Below are positions 10,952 through 25,400 of a DNA stretch of 64,000 nt, piece by piece. Made by a program: the position numbers and the translations under genes. This DNA is from Octopus sinensis (lineage: Eukaryota): assembly GCF_006345805.1 (NCBI RefSeq), contig NC_043001.1:69502001-69566000 (forward strand). Reading direction: 5' to 3'. Below the pieces are notes generated by a model that did no database searches, was not told the DNA's origin, and worked only from the letters and a program-made list of their open reading frames with translations. The stretch's first letter is position 1, and each line of letters opens with the position of its first letter.

Positions 10952-11436
10952 TCTATTATATATATATATATATTCTTTCACACCCTTTCTTCACTTTTCT
11001 CATTCTTTTCACTTTTTCTCTCTTTCTTCCTCTCACTTCTATTCCGGTTTTCGGTTTTCACTTTGACCTACCGCTTCATTGTAAACATGCACATCTCTCC
11101 CCGCCATCTATCTACAAATACTACCAATATATTATCAAATTTTTATTCACACCACATGACACTTTCGAAGGAGCAACACAGAATCCACGACTCCATATTT
11201 TGAAGTGACTAAACATGAACCACTACTAGAACTTATATGCCATGTGCAGGGAACTTTTTTCGCGCTTCTATACACTACTCGAATAATGGAACTGAAATTA
11301 CAATATCGTTATATATTTTATATTTATATTTCCAATTTCATTCTCTTTTTCCCTAAGAATTCCCTATCTCCTCCTTTTTCGTAATAATTCCTTATTTCGA
11401 ACGAAAATAATTACCTCTGTTTAACCACCTAATATC

Positions 11437-11484
11437 GTCTCCGCTGAAGGGATATCCCTAATATCACAGAAACAACTGTAAGAC
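11437..11484 (+). ncRNA. Degenerate hammerhead remnant
   Basis: GTCT-CCGCTGA-A-GGGATAT..ATATC..GAAAC-AACT-GTA-AGAC. Helix I GTCT/AGAC is present but the core carries two substitutions. Confidence 0.35.
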
Positions 11485-11855
11485 AATATCTATATATTTT
11501 TCTTTATAAATGTCGTGAAAACTCCTCACAGCCATAGTTTTGTTATCTCATTTTGTCTAATATATATATATATATATGCATGTTAATACAAGACTCACAG
11601 TAGAATCCTAACTCGTATTATCACTATCGAACCAAAAGTTTAACTACGGTCTGTCCATAGCACTGATATATGTATATATTTATACATATATATATATACA
11701 TACATACATACATGCATACATACTTACATATATATATGCCTGTTATACACGTTATTAATACTATTTACATGTGTATGTGAATGTCTACTGCCTGCGTACG
11801 TGCACGTGTGTATGTGGACATATAATAGAATGCAAAACGGTGTATAATTCTTCTT

Positions 11856-11886
<31 letters not shown>

Positions 11887-11968
11887 TTATTATTATTCTT
11901 ATTATTATTATTATTATTATATTATTATTATTATTATTATTATTATTTTATTATTATTATTATTATTA

Positions 11969-12004
<36 letters not shown>

Positions 12005-12427
12005 GATATTGTTATTATTATTATTATATTATTATTATTATTATATTGTCGTTGTTGTTGTTGTTGCTGTTATTATTATCATTATTATGCCTACATATTA
12101 ATATAGTATAAGCCCACTCCTCCAAATCTCAGACCTTGTGCCTATAGAACACAGGATTATTATTAGTGTTAGTTCGTCTGCCGCTACGTTCTGAGTTCAA
12201 AGTCCACTGAGGTCGACTTTACCTTTCATCATTTCGGCGTCGATAAATTAAGTTCCATTTGAACGCTGGGGTCGATGTAAGCGACACATTCCCTGCCCAC
12301 ATATCACTGCCTCTGCGGAAAAGTTTGAAACTATAAAAATAATAATAATATAATAATAATAATAATAATATAATAATAATATAATAATAATAATAATAAT
12401 AATAATAAAATAATAATAATAATAATG

Positions 12428-12467
<40 letters not shown>

Positions 12468-12504
12468 TAATAATAATAAAATAATAATAATATAATAATA
12501 ATAA

Positions 12505-12535
<31 letters not shown>

Positions 12536-12572
12536 TAATAATAATAATAATATAATAATAATAATAATAATA

Positions 12573-12697
12573 TACGCAGAACACTTTCCATACAATAACC
12601 ATCAGAGCATCACAACAAATCACAGCACATACCCAAGGCACACAGAGCTGCGCTCGGTAGTGAAGTGAAAGCACGCTATAAAAATAAAATAAAACTA

Positions 12698-12700
<3 letters not shown>
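12573..12700 (+). mobile_element. R4/Dong non-LTR 3' end within (AAT)n
   Basis: Matches the ORF end and 3' UTR of the copies at 62151-63309 (...CGCAGAACACTTTCCATACAATAA...AAAACTACTG + AAT tail). Confidence 0.75.
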
Positions 12701-12777
<77 letters not shown>

Positions 12778-12827
12778 GTATTATTATTATTATTATTATT
12801 TGTATTATTATTATTATTATTATTATT

Positions 12828-12985
12828 GAGTAAGAGGGCAGTGGATGCCATCAAAGTGAGACTGGGGTAAAATATACGAAGCCAAGTATACCCATCATGA
12901 CTACCCATCTGATAACGGTACACCAGACGTATGCATCACAACCATATTTGCGCGACATGGTGGTCTTACATCAAGATTAACTGCG
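12828..12985 (-). repeat. Partial copy of the ~555-bp (AAT)n-associated element
   Basis: Reverse complement of the terminal ~160 bp of the copies at 19047-20805. Confidence 0.75.
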
Positions 12986-14902
12986 CAAAGAACTACTGCG
13001 AAGTAAATGGGAGAAAATACAATACATTATTGTACTTACAGTTTTCATCATGAATTTTAAATTAATATATATTATTATACACAGGTATATTACATATTGA
13101 AATACACACACACATGGACACACATACCTCAACTAGCACGGCAATAGTGGGTTTTCATAATTTTCCATCTTTATGAAAGATTTTGCAATCTAAGCTTCGC
13201 TACCAACTTGATATTTTTACCCAAATTGATTTCGTTTCTACTTTCAAATCCAGCAAAAAATTAATTTAAGAATCTAGAAAATGCCTGCTAAAAGCAATTT
13301 ATCAAACACATGCGATAATTAAATTATATCTCGCTTTATAATTAAATTGACAACGACTTAGGAATGGATATTATCTTTAAAATATATTTGTAAAGAATGT
13401 GGAGTTCATATTGTATCTTTTCAGTTAAAGGACATTTTTTCTTTTTCATTATTTCCGCCTCATCCCTACAAGCAACTTACTTATAACTGCAATAAGACAA
13501 CAAAAACTTCAACTGGAATAATATTGTGGCAAATTTGTTGCTTAAGTTTCCATTGTGTAATAGCTTTAGGACATTTGCTCTGTTCATATGAGATATAAGA
13601 CGGTTCCTGTGTTGATCATTATAAAATGAATACAATTGTGTTTACCATAGAACAAACATATTTAATCGAAACTGTCGGAGTTAGGAGAAGCATGATAGGA
13701 TATTAAAACATCGTATGGTTGAGGGTACTCGAAAATAAATTAATATGCCATAGGGATAATCTAACAACCGTATGAGAATCAAGAGAGGGAGAGAGATGGG
13801 AGAGGAAAAGAAATAGAAAGAAGAAAAGAGTGAGTGTGGTGGGAGAGATTAGGGAGAGCGAGTATTAATCACGAAACATACTTGAAGGATTCCTAGCAAA
13901 TCAGGATATGACGTATATCAATAAACATTTTTAGAAATGCATTTAATTAATTTAAAATGAAACTACGACTGAAAATACAATCCTGTTGCAATCTTATCTT
14001 TAACTATATTCAGGGTTAGTAAATACGAAGCAAAAACACAATTAATTCCTCACCATTTTCAATGTTTTCATTAATATTCTCTGGATTAACTAGATTTAGA
14101 TTGTAGGCTATGCTCATGGTTATACATTGTAAGAAGCAACTGGTAAATCAATATTTTTCTTTGGTCAATTGCGACATACTCTTAAGTTGATAGGAATATT
14201 AGTTTGTATTTACCATTTAATCATACTAATCTCGGTTTGTTAATAAATATTTTGTTATTTCTGTTGAACATTCATCTTGGGTTTACGTTTCTTTAGATAC
14301 AGCTTGAAAAATATCCAATCGAATTTGATTAAATCTTCTCTTCAAGAGACAAATAATATTCAATATTTTTGTGGCATTAGAACATCCTTTCCTTAGTTTT
14401 CAAACCATCACAAGTACAACATATTGATGCACAAATATTACAGAAGATACTGTCAACGTTAATCCTTGGCACAAATACTGTTTCTCGTTAGGTTAGTAAT
14501 GAATAGTGTGGAGACATAAGTTCAAATATCACACTGAATTGCTGTAGAGTGGCAACCAGCATAATATATATGGTCATGTATCTCTATAGCTACCTAGGCC
14601 ACTAGTGCTAGAGGTTTGAGGATTCATGACCAGATGCAATAATTAAAAACAAAGATTTTTTTCATTCGGTTTGTGATAGAGGGTGTTGGTAAAATAACAT
14701 ACCGTCCAGTGACTAGACGCAGGTGAAGAAGTAATCCGGGACGCGGTTTGAATTTGCCTAACGCCATCGATGCATTTAAAAGTTTGCAGTTAAAACACTG
14801 GGGAAGTGATGTTCTTTTAACCTCCTCACCCCGAAAAATATGCAACTTTCCCTCTGGTGGCGGTGGATGTTAGTACGACGGAAGGATCGATGTTGTTTCA
14901 TA

Positions 14903-14976
<74 letters not shown>

Positions 14977-15487
14977 TATTATTATTATTTTTCTCTTATA
15001 TATTAGTTTGGCGAAAGTTAGTGGATTTATGCGATGGATGTGCAATAAACAGCAGTAAGATTGTCATAAGCCCATAACGTATGAAAAATATGTGGATATG
15101 AATATATATAAATATGTTCAGAATACATTTACAATGTACAAATACATAGTTCTACTTACTTTTTAAAAACGGTATTAAAATATGTAAAATATTGTAAATC
15201 TATAAAATTTACAATTCGATTAATATACGAGTGTAGAAAATATAGTAAATCCATATAGAAGTTTAAAATCCGGAATTTTATATTTGACAGCCGTTTCTGG
15301 GGGGGGGGGCATAATGGTGCAAAAATGAACTTAAAATTCCACTCAATACCAACGCCTCCTTTATCAAGGAAGATTCAACTGGTAAGATTATATCTGTTAA
15401 TCTGTTATGAGTTATTGTCAAATCTGTTGCTAAGGTCTTTATAAAGTGTTACATTTATTACTCAGGCAGATGTTGTTGTTTTTTTTT

Positions 15488-15805
15488 GGAGTGGCTGTGT
15501 GGTAAGTAGCCTGCTTACCAGCCACGTGGTTCTGGGTTCAGTCCCACAGCGTAGCACCTTGACCAAAGCCTTATGAGTGGATTTGGTAGATAGAAACTGA
15601 AAGAAGTCCGTCGTATATATGTATATATATGTGTGTGTTTGTGTGTCTGTGTTTGTCCAGCCAACATCGCTTGATAACCGATGCTAGTGTGTTTACGCCC
15701 CCAAAACTGTGCGGTTCAGCAAAAGACACCGGGGTCGATTTGCTCGACTAACGGTAGTGCTCCAGCATGGCTGCAGTCAAAGGACTGAAATAAGTAAAAG
15801 AGTAA
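15488..15805 (+). mobile_element. tRNA-derived SINE (family A)
   Basis: GGAGTGGCTGTGTGGTAAG..GGGTTCAGTCCC head, internal TA/TG tract, and GCTCCAGCATGG..GAAATAAGTAAAAGAGTA tail. Confidence 0.75.
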
Positions 15806-15967
15806 CGCTAGAATGAGTATTAATCTACTTTTGAAAAGAATCTATTAACAATAATAGAGGTGGAAAAGGCCTAACCCAATTTTAATATTTCGGATTTAAT
15901 GGAATTATGGTTTTATGGTATATATGAATCTATATATTTTAAATGTAATTTAATATATTTTAAGTAT

Positions 15968-15998
<31 letters not shown>

Positions 15999-16904
15999 GA
16001 TATTTTGTACATGATTTGGTGCACATAATGATTTGACAAAAGTAATATATTTTGATCACCTATCTTTTGTCTCCCATCATTATTTCTACTAATTTTCTGT
16101 TGCACAAATACACTGAGCACTTCGATGCCCTCTTTATATAGAGATAATCTTATCTCTAAAAATATGCTGTATACATATATATATATATATATATACACAT
16201 ACACACGCAAACACATACAAACGCGCACACACATATGTATATATATATATTTACATACACGTATATATGAGGGTTGTGTGTATGAGCTTCATGGAAAGCG
16301 AAGACATCTTGAAGATATAATTTTGCAAATCTATATTCTCTTATATTATTCCTCATAAAATTCACATTCTTAAAGTCCTTTCTATTTACATGAAATCGCA
16401 ACCTTGACCGAGAAGTAATATCTTATTGGTGTTTTTTGATGAGATCAACATTGAAATCTCTATATCATGTGAGTCAATGAACAATGTCAACTAGTTTATC
16501 CGAAAGTTAAAAAGTTCAGTTAAATGAACTGTATTTGATATATTATCATGTTTCTGCGATGTATTAAGTTTTCCAAAGCGCACTTATTCAGTAATAAATT
16601 TTGTGTTTGATGGTGGTGGTGTGGGGGTGCACGAGCCTGGAAATTTCTCCAAATCAAATCGATCGCTTAAATTTATGGAACGAAATTGTAGTAAATTGTT
16701 GGTAAAAATATTTCGATAGATAAATTGTTAGGTGCAGGCGTGGGTGTGTGGTAAGGATATTCCTCCCTACCTACATTGTTCCGGGTTCGGTAGATAGAAC
16801 GAGTATTAATCTACTATTGAGAAGGAACTTCTACTATAGCCTCACATATATAAATATATTTATTTATATACACAAGTTGAACACACAAACATGATGTGTG
16901 TGTG

Positions 16905-17316
16905 TGTGTGTGTGTATGTGTGTTGTTGTAGTTAGTCGCGGGCAGCTGGGTTTTTTAGGCATAAGAGAATGTATGAGAATATATTCTCAATACCTTTGGT
17001 GTAAAAACATCCGAAATCAATCATAGCCAGGTGGACAACTCACATCAAATTCCTTTTTTCTGTGTGTATGTGGGGGGGGGGGGCACACACTAATGTTTCG
17101 TTATTGTTTTGATTTGCCCATGCCACATACCGGAGAACGTCTGCAGTGAGCAGTCTAACTGGCTATGAGTATATGCTAAGTGGTTTAAGAAACGTTTGTT
17201 GGCATATCCTAACATGTCCTGCCACGGAAAAAAATCATATATGCATTGGAAGCGACACGATGTATCAAAACAAATTGGGAAACACATACACGGTGTGTGT
17301 ATGTGTGTGTGTGTGT

Positions 17317-17352
<36 letters not shown>

Positions 17353-17731
17353 TTGTTGTTGTTAGTCGCGGGCAGCTGGGTTTTTTAGGCATAAGAGAAT
17401 GTATGAGAATATATTCTCAATACCTTTGGTGTAAAAACATCCGAAATCAATCATAGCCAGGTGGACAACTCACATCAAATTCCTTTTTTCTGTGTGTATG
17501 TGGGGGGGGGGGGCACACACTAATGTTTCGTTATTGTTTTGATTTGCCCATGCCACATACCGGAGAACGTCTGCAGTGAGCAGTCTAACTGGCTATGAGT
17601 ATATGCTAAGTGGTTTAAGAAACGTTTGTTGGCATATCCTAACATGTCCTGCCACGGAAAAAAATCATATATGCATTGGAAGCGACACGATGTATCAAAA
17701 CAAATTGGGAAACACATACACGGTGTGTGTA

Positions 17732-17770
<39 letters not shown>

Positions 17771-17900
17771 GTGTGTGTTTGTGTGTATTGTTAGTTTGTC
17801 GAGCGTAACGGAGCATATTCACAATGCTCTTGGCGTAAAAACATCCGAAAGCAATTCATAACCAATCGAGAAACTCACATCGATTCCCTTTTTTTCGGCG
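16905..17900. repeat. 430-bp tandem duplication (2 near-identical copies plus a diverged partial third)
   Basis: TTAGTCGCGGGCAG at 16932 and 17362, with identical ORF translations offset by 430. A diverged GTAAAAACATCCGAAA block lies at ~17835. Confidence 0.85.
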
Positions 17901-18025
17901 TTTCGGTATATGGCATTGAACAACCAAAACAATGAAGAAACGTCGATGTCTGTCACTACGACAAACTAACGTCGTCTGTGTTCGACTTCGTTTATACAGC
18001 TCGACTTGTTTATAATTCATATTTG

Positions 18026-18085
<60 letters not shown>

Positions 18086-18996
18086 GTAAATGTGTTTGTG
18101 CGTGTTTGTGCGTATGTATGTGTGTGTGTGCTTGTGTGTGTGTGTGTGGCTTTGTGCATTTTGGGCTAACAAAATGTCCTGGGATCGATTTGTTCGATTA
18201 AAACCGTTCAAGACAATGCCCTAGTAAGGCCGCTGTATAAGATAAATGATATATTTAGCAATTTTTTACGAGAGATACGGGAAAATTGTTTTCCAAAGGA
18301 TTCATTGTATAATGTTGTTACGATTTCCCAGGATGCATTTGCTCTAACAAAAGTGCATAAGTTTAGACATATGTAAAACAGAAATCTCCATCATTTGTAA
18401 TTTTGAAGACTAAGCAATCGTATAAAGTTGATCCTGTGGAAATCTTCCTTATGTGTGTTGTTTGTATGTGCGTATGTGTGTGCGTGTGTGAGTGCTTGTA
18501 TTATATGTGTGAGTGCGTGAGTGCACGCGTTTGTGTATGTGCTTGTGTGCCTATGTCCGTGAGTGCGTGAGTGCGGCGTGTGTGCATGTGTGCGTAAAAG
18601 CGTGCGTATGTGACGGCATGACTGTGTGTGTATGTGTGTGCTTACTTTCTTCAAAACTTTGAAGAATATAATGGTGTACTAGGGATTGTTTTGGTATAAC
18701 ATTAAAAAGTAATGGTTTTATATTTTGACAGAAGGCCAGTACTATTAGCCGGAGTGGTTAATCAATACCGAACATTCAGTACTTGACCAATGTTATCAAC
18801 TTCTGCTGTGAGCATTTCGTTGTGGATTAAAAACCGTGGTCGATGTCATTATCCTGCCCCCTTCTCTCAGAATTTCTGACCTTGTGCCAAAATTTGAAAC
18901 TATCATTAATACCTCAGTAACAACAACAACAATAATAAAATAATGATGATGATGACAATGATGATGATGATGTTGATGATGATGATAATAATAATA

Positions 18997-19046
<50 letters not shown>

Positions 19047-20213
19047 GCCCTGATGCAGTACCAGGCAGTGGCTCTCATGGCTTCTGATCTTAACCGATTG
19101 GAAGTGTTATCATGTACATTGTTTTGTCTTGGTATAAAAGATGGGCTACAGCAAATATTCTGCTCAATACCACAGATTTGCTTGTCAGTTGTTTGACCTT
19201 AACCAGTTGAGCATGTCCCTTAGTGGCTGACGATATGTGCATCTCTGATCACGAGCAGAAGTAGTGTGGGAGCATCATAGCCATGTGTTGAGAGGGATTC
19301 TTTGGGGTTTGAATAATTCACCTCTGGAAACATGGGTGTTTCGTTCAACATCCTTAAACAAGCCTTATTCAGGGACCTTTTGAGCAGGATGGGTTACTCG
19401 ATCAGAAGAAAATTCTAACTGGGCTCCACCTGCAAGGTCATGTGCTGTTTATCTTGATATGAGATCACCATGTCGCGCACATATGGTTGTGATGCATGTG
19501 CCTGGTGTACCCTTATCAGACGGGTAGTCATGATGGGTATACTGGGCTTCGTATATTTTACCCCAGTGTCACTTCGATGGCATGCTCTGCTCGCTCACTC
19601 AATAATAATAATAATAAAAATAATAATATTAATAATAATAATAGATGCCCTGATACAGTACCAGGCAGTGGCTCTCATGGCTTCTGATCTTAACTGATTG
19701 GAAGCGTTATCATGTATATTGTTTTGTCTTGGTATAAAAGATGGGCTACAGCAAATATTCTGCTCAATACCACAGATTTGCTTGTCAGTTGTTTGAACTT
19801 AACCAGTTGAGCATGTCCCTTAGTGGCTGACGATATGTGCATCTCTGATCACGAGCAGAAGTAGTGGGGGAGCATCATAGCCATGTGTTGAGAGGGATTC
19901 TTTGGGGTTTGAATAATTCACCTCTGTAAACATGGGTGGGTCGTTCAACATCCTTAAACAACTCTTATTCAGGGACCGTTTGAGCGGGATGGGCTACTCA
20001 ACCTGAAGAAAATTCTAACTGGGCGTCGCCTGCAAGGTCATGTGCTGTTTATCTTGATATGAGATCACCATGTCGCGCACATATGGTTGTGATGCCTGGT
20101 GTACCCTTATCAGACGGGTAGTCATGATGGGTATTTTGGGCTTCGTATATTTTACCCCGGTGTCACTTTGATGGCATGAACTGCTCTCTCACTCAATAAT
20201 AATAATAATAATA

Positions 20214-20251
<38 letters not shown>

Positions 20252-21291
20252 GCCCTGATGCAGTACCAGGCAGTGGCTCTCATGGCTTCTGATCTTAACT
20301 GATTGGAAGTGTTATCATGTACATTGTTTTGTCTTGGTATAAAAGATGGGCTACAGCAAATATTCTGCTCAATACCACAGATTTGCTTGTCAGTTGTTTG
20401 ACCTTAACCAGTTGAGCATGTCCCTTAGTGGCTGACGATATGTGCATCTCTGATCACGAGCAGAAGTAGTGGGGGAGCATCATAGCCATGTGTTGAGAGG
20501 GATTCTTTGGGGTTTGAATAGTTCACCTCTGGAAACATGGGTGGTTCTTTCAACATCCTTAAACAACCCTTATTCAGGGACCGTTTGAGCAGGATGGGCT
20601 ACTCAAAATGAAGAAAATTCTAACTGGGCCCCACCTGCAAGGTCATGTGCTGTTTATCTTGATATGAGATCACCATGTCGCGCACATATGGTTGTGATGC
20701 ATGTGCCTGGTGTACCTTTATCAGACGGGTAGTCATGATGGGTATATTGGGCTTCGTATATTTTACCCCAGTGTCACTTTGATGGCATGAACTGCTCTCT
20801 CACTCAATAATAATAATAATAATAATAATAGTAATTTAATATGGGATAGCTTCATGTTATGGTATACAAGATGGGCTGTAGAAAATATTCTTCTCGATAC
20901 CACAGATTTGCTTCTCATTTCTTAGACATTAAACAGGTGAACATGATCTTTCTATGCTGATATATGCATCTCTGATCACCAGCAGAAGTAGCGGGGGAGC
21001 ATCATAGACATGTGTTGAGAGGGGTGCTTTGTTCAACGTCCATAAACAATACTTATTCAGGGACCTTTTGAGTGGAATGAGCTATTCAACCCGAAAAATA
21101 TTGTAATGGGCCACACCTGCAAGTTCATGCGCTATATATCTTGATATGAGATCATCATGACACGCACATGTGGTTATGATGCATATATATGCCTGGCGTA
21201 CCCTTCTCAGACGGGTAGTCATGAGGGGTATACTGGGCTTCGTATATTTTATTCCAATGTCATTTTGAAGGCGTGCACTGCTCTCTCATTC
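19047..21291 (+). repeat. Four head-to-tail copies of a non-coding ~555-bp element separated by (AAT)n
   Basis: Copies at 19047-19600, 19647-20194 and 20252-20805, plus a diverged 5'-truncated copy at ~20855-21291. Full copies start GCCCTGAT(G/A)CAGTACC and end CTC(T/G)CTCACTC + (AAT)n. The strand label is arbitrary. Confidence 0.9.
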
Positions 21292-21292
21292 A

Positions 21293-21331
<39 letters not shown>

Positions 21332-21724
21332 CGTTGTCCCCCCCTTCTTCACTATCACATGACTTGGTAAATAAACAAACCCGTGTGTTTATTTTAATAG
21401 CTTACAAATGCGTTTCTCTTCTGTAGGTGTCAGGAAGACACTCGGCAAGAGAAGGAAACAGAATTGAAAGAAGATGGAAACTATAAAAACAATGTAAACA
21501 TCTGTAAATTGTGTGCTAGTTTCATGAGAAATTTTTCTATATTGTGACAGTTCCCGAATATAGAAAAAATCTGTAAAACCGATATCTGTATAATCCAACA
21601 AAAAATTTACGCAAACATAAACAAAATTACCTATTTAGCCTTAAAATACATCGCACATATTTAAAGAACCTTCTTGGTTTAGTGGTATGGAATATGGAAC
21701 GTTCTTGTGGTATTCTTTTCATTC

Positions 21725-22015
21725 TTTTATTCTTTTACTTATTTCAATCATTTGACGGAGGCCATTGAAGAAATCGACCCCTGCACTTATTCCCTGTAAG
21801 CTTGGTGCTTATTCTACCAGTCTCTTCTGCTAAACAGCTAAGTTAAGGGGATACAAACACATCAACATCGGTTGTCTATCAATGGTGGGTGGGGAGACAA
21901 CACAGACACAAACACACACATACACACATGACAGACTTCTTTCAGTTTCCGTCTACCAAATTCAGTCACAAGGTTTTGGTCTGCAAGTGGCTATATTAGA
22001 AGACGCTCTTTAAGG
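21725..22015 (-). mobile_element. Degenerate family A SINE
   Basis: Reverse complement similarity to 44855-45238 (TTCTTTCAGTTTCCGTCTACCAAAT). Confidence 0.55.
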
Positions 22016-22429
22016 TACAGAGTTGAATTTTGTGTATCCACAGGTTAGCAACTTTTTTCCACCACCCATTTTGTGGGGGTATTACCCATTTTCTGGACTC
22101 TTTCCACAGTTATACCCCGTTCGAAATTTGCATTAGTTTTTGTATTAAAAAAAGGTAAAGGAAGCGAGGCGGGATTGTTTGTGGTTTCTGTAGTAAACGT
22201 TAAACGTGCTTGAAAAAGAAACATGGTCTAATCGTCATTATAAATGACTGATGCTTTCCTTTCTCTGTCTCAAACGCTTCACTACTTTTCTCTACGGTTA
22301 GGAGAGTGAAGGTGCCTGGCTCAGTGGTTAGCGATAATTGGCCCACAATCGTAAAGTCATGAATACGATTCCCTCCGGCGTGCTGTGTTCTTGAGCCCTA
22401 CTTCACCTTGTTGCAGTCCACAAATCATA

Positions 22430-25400
22430 CTGGTGATGGCGAGGGTGATGAACGTTACCTTACCTCAGTTTATGAAAGACTGGAGTTTCCGAAGAAACTC
22501 GTTGTTTGTAAGAGCGAAAATGAAGCTGGAAGCTCTCGATCAGCAGTGGTTCAAGAAAGATGCATACTGACCACAGCTACGCACCAGCAGATGACTGAGC
22601 GAAGAGGAGAAAGGGGACCAGCGAAGAAAACAGGATAGTTATGCTGTGCTACTTGAAAAGGGAACCTAAAAGAAGGGGCTATAGAAAATGGATGTCAAAC
22701 ATTTTGGGTAGAGAACAGTATGTTTAAAATGGTTGAGTAGAGATTAGTTGATCAAGCTAATACTATTAGGAGAAGAAAGTGTATGACACAATCGAAGGTA
22801 GAAGGGATCATGAGAAAACCGGAAAAGAAAGACCAGGCAGAGAGAAAGGCAAACAACAACATACAGAATACAAAGAAGAAAATAATAGCGCTACTAAGGA
22901 AAACATAATAATAGCGCTACCAATAAGGAAGGGAAAACTGGCTCCATTAGTGATTTATGTGAGGAAGATCAGGAGAAGTTAGATGAGTTGGAGGAAGTAA
23001 TAAGTAAAAAGAATAAGAAAAAGATTGCCATTAAAAGGCACCAACAGAAGGAAGCAGCGAGAAATGACTAGATAAGTAGATTCTGTTATCAGTATGATAT
23101 ATTCTAAAAATATAGGAGACACCAGCTTATCGATTTATGCAGGAAAGTATTGATTTATACAGGGAAATTTTAGAAAAGTACAAACGTCGTAAAAGAGACT
23201 ACAAAATAAAGGGAAGACTTTAAGACAATATGTGAGTAGAATGGAACAAGAAAAGAGAAAGAATTTGGGAATGTAATAGAAAAGTTGAAATAACGTATCG
23301 TTGTAGTAGGAAGAAAGATCTCCAGACATCAGAAAAGAATAGATCAGTATCAAGGAAATAGAATATTTCAGACCAACCAGAAGAGATTTTATAACCAAAC
23401 AGTGAGTGGAGAGCGAAGTACGGAAGATACGAAACTTAGTGCAGGAGAAGCTAGAACGTTCTGGATTAATATATGGGATATGCCAGTCAAACATAATGGA
23501 CATGCAGTATGGTTACTGTGAGTGAGGGAAGAAGTAATGAGTGAGATGCAGCCATATCTAAGATTAACTAGTCCATTAATGAGTAACGTGCTAAGAAAAT
23601 GCCGATTTTGAAGGGCCCAGGACTAGATTTCGTTCGAGGGCACTGGCTAAAAATATTCAGTAGTTTACATGGAAGGCTGGGAGAACAACTTCAGGATTGC
23701 CTTAATGGAGGAATACCAGATTACATGGCTATAGGGAGGACAATACTCATATTGAAAGATAAGAGCAAAGGTAATACAGCTAGAAACTATAGACCAAACA
23801 CTTGCTTATCATTTGTGTAGAAACTGTTAACTGGAATTCTTTCAGAAAGCATTTACGAGCATCTTCGCAACTAGAATTTACTACCAGAAGAACAGAAATG
23901 TTGCAGGAAGAAGGCTAGAGAAACGCATGATCTATTATAGACAAAGCAGTCCTAAATGAAGTAAAAGCTAGAAAGAAAAATCTAACAATAGCATGGATAG
24001 ATTATAGGTAAGCCTGACATGACCCCACACTCGTGAGTAAGTGAATGTTTCAGTATATGCAGCATAGCAGACAACATAAAATAATTAATTTGCTTTCACA
24101 TGAAGAAATGGAAAGTAGATCTCTGCTTATGTGACACACTCTTAGGGAAAGTTAATATCAAAAGAGGAATTTTTCAAGGGTATTCGTTATCCCCTTTAAT
24201 ATTTGTCTTATGTTTGGTCACCTTCAGTTTAGTATTAAAGAAGGCAAAGACAGGGTATCAGTTCAGAAACACTAATGAAAAAATTAATCATTTGCTCTAC
24301 ATGGATGATCTGAAACTTTTTAGTAAGAATGAAAAAGAGATAGATTCATTTATGTTAGTTAGTTAGTTAATTTGGCTCAAAAGCAAATAGCAAGGCCATG
24401 TAGGGGGACATGGAGTTAAGTACAGGGTGGTGTTCATGTAAAGAGTTCAGGCCACTTGATGTCCAGGGAGGCTTTGAACAAAGCGGTCGTCGGCATCTTC
24501 ACCATCTCGTCTGGCAGCTTGTTCCACGGATCCGCAACCCGGACGGAGAAAGCTCCTCTCCTTCGATTGAGATGAAATCGTCGCAGGTAGAGCTTTTCGG
24601 AATGACCCCGCAGCCGACGCTCTGGAGCAGGAGTGAAGAACAGCTCTTTCGAGAGGTTACACTTTCCGCTTATAATGTTGTGGGCGAGAATGAGATCGCC
24701 ACGGCGGCGGCGTTTTTCAAGAGAATAAAGGTCGAGCGTCCTCAGCCTTTCTTCGTAGGACAAATTTTTGAGACCATGAAACATGCGGGTAGCCAGCCTC
24801 TGGACTCTTTCAAGATGCTGTATGTCTTTGAGGAGATAAGGAGAAGAGGCCTGAATCCCATACTCCAATATGGGTCTCACCAGCGTGACATAGAGTGGTA
24901 GGAATATGGCTGCTGTGAGCATTCCGAATGACCGTCGAATCAAGAACAGAATTCCGCGTGCTTTATTGGCGGCATGGACGCACTGGGCCGAAGGCGAAAA
25001 GGAGGAATCCACCAAGATACCCAGGTCCTTTACCTGATCGGTCCTCTCCAGCAGCAGACGACCCGGCTCGAAATCAAGTTGAGTTGCAGGAGTAGAGCCG
25101 ACAGGCAGATGACAGCACTTTGACACGTTCAGACACAGGTCCCAATCGTTAGACCACTTCCAAATTTGGTGAAGGCATCGACGAAGATCCTCTATATTAC
25201 CGTGAGGAGCGACCAGTTTGATATCGTCGGCAAATAGAAGGGTGTGTTGCGTGAGGTCGTCGGGCAAGTCATTTATGAAGACTAAGAACAACAAGGGCCC
25301 AAGCACTGAACCTTGAGGCACGCCACTGCTCGCACTGGAGACGTTGGACCGCGAACCATTAACTTGGACTTGGAAGGAGCGATCTGAGAGGAAGGCACCA

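Noticed and set aside
13481-14800. Minus-strand exon-like segments (13606-13481, ~14339-14287, ~14800-14707)
   Set aside because: Individually open with plausible donors, but phases do not chain to the last segment and the acceptors are weak.
21427-21546. Exon candidate CQEDTRQEKETELKEDG... after a good acceptor
   Set aside because: No convincing donor or partner exon.
24410-24901. 163-aa + strand ORF
   Set aside because: Antisense to the CR1 RT frame.
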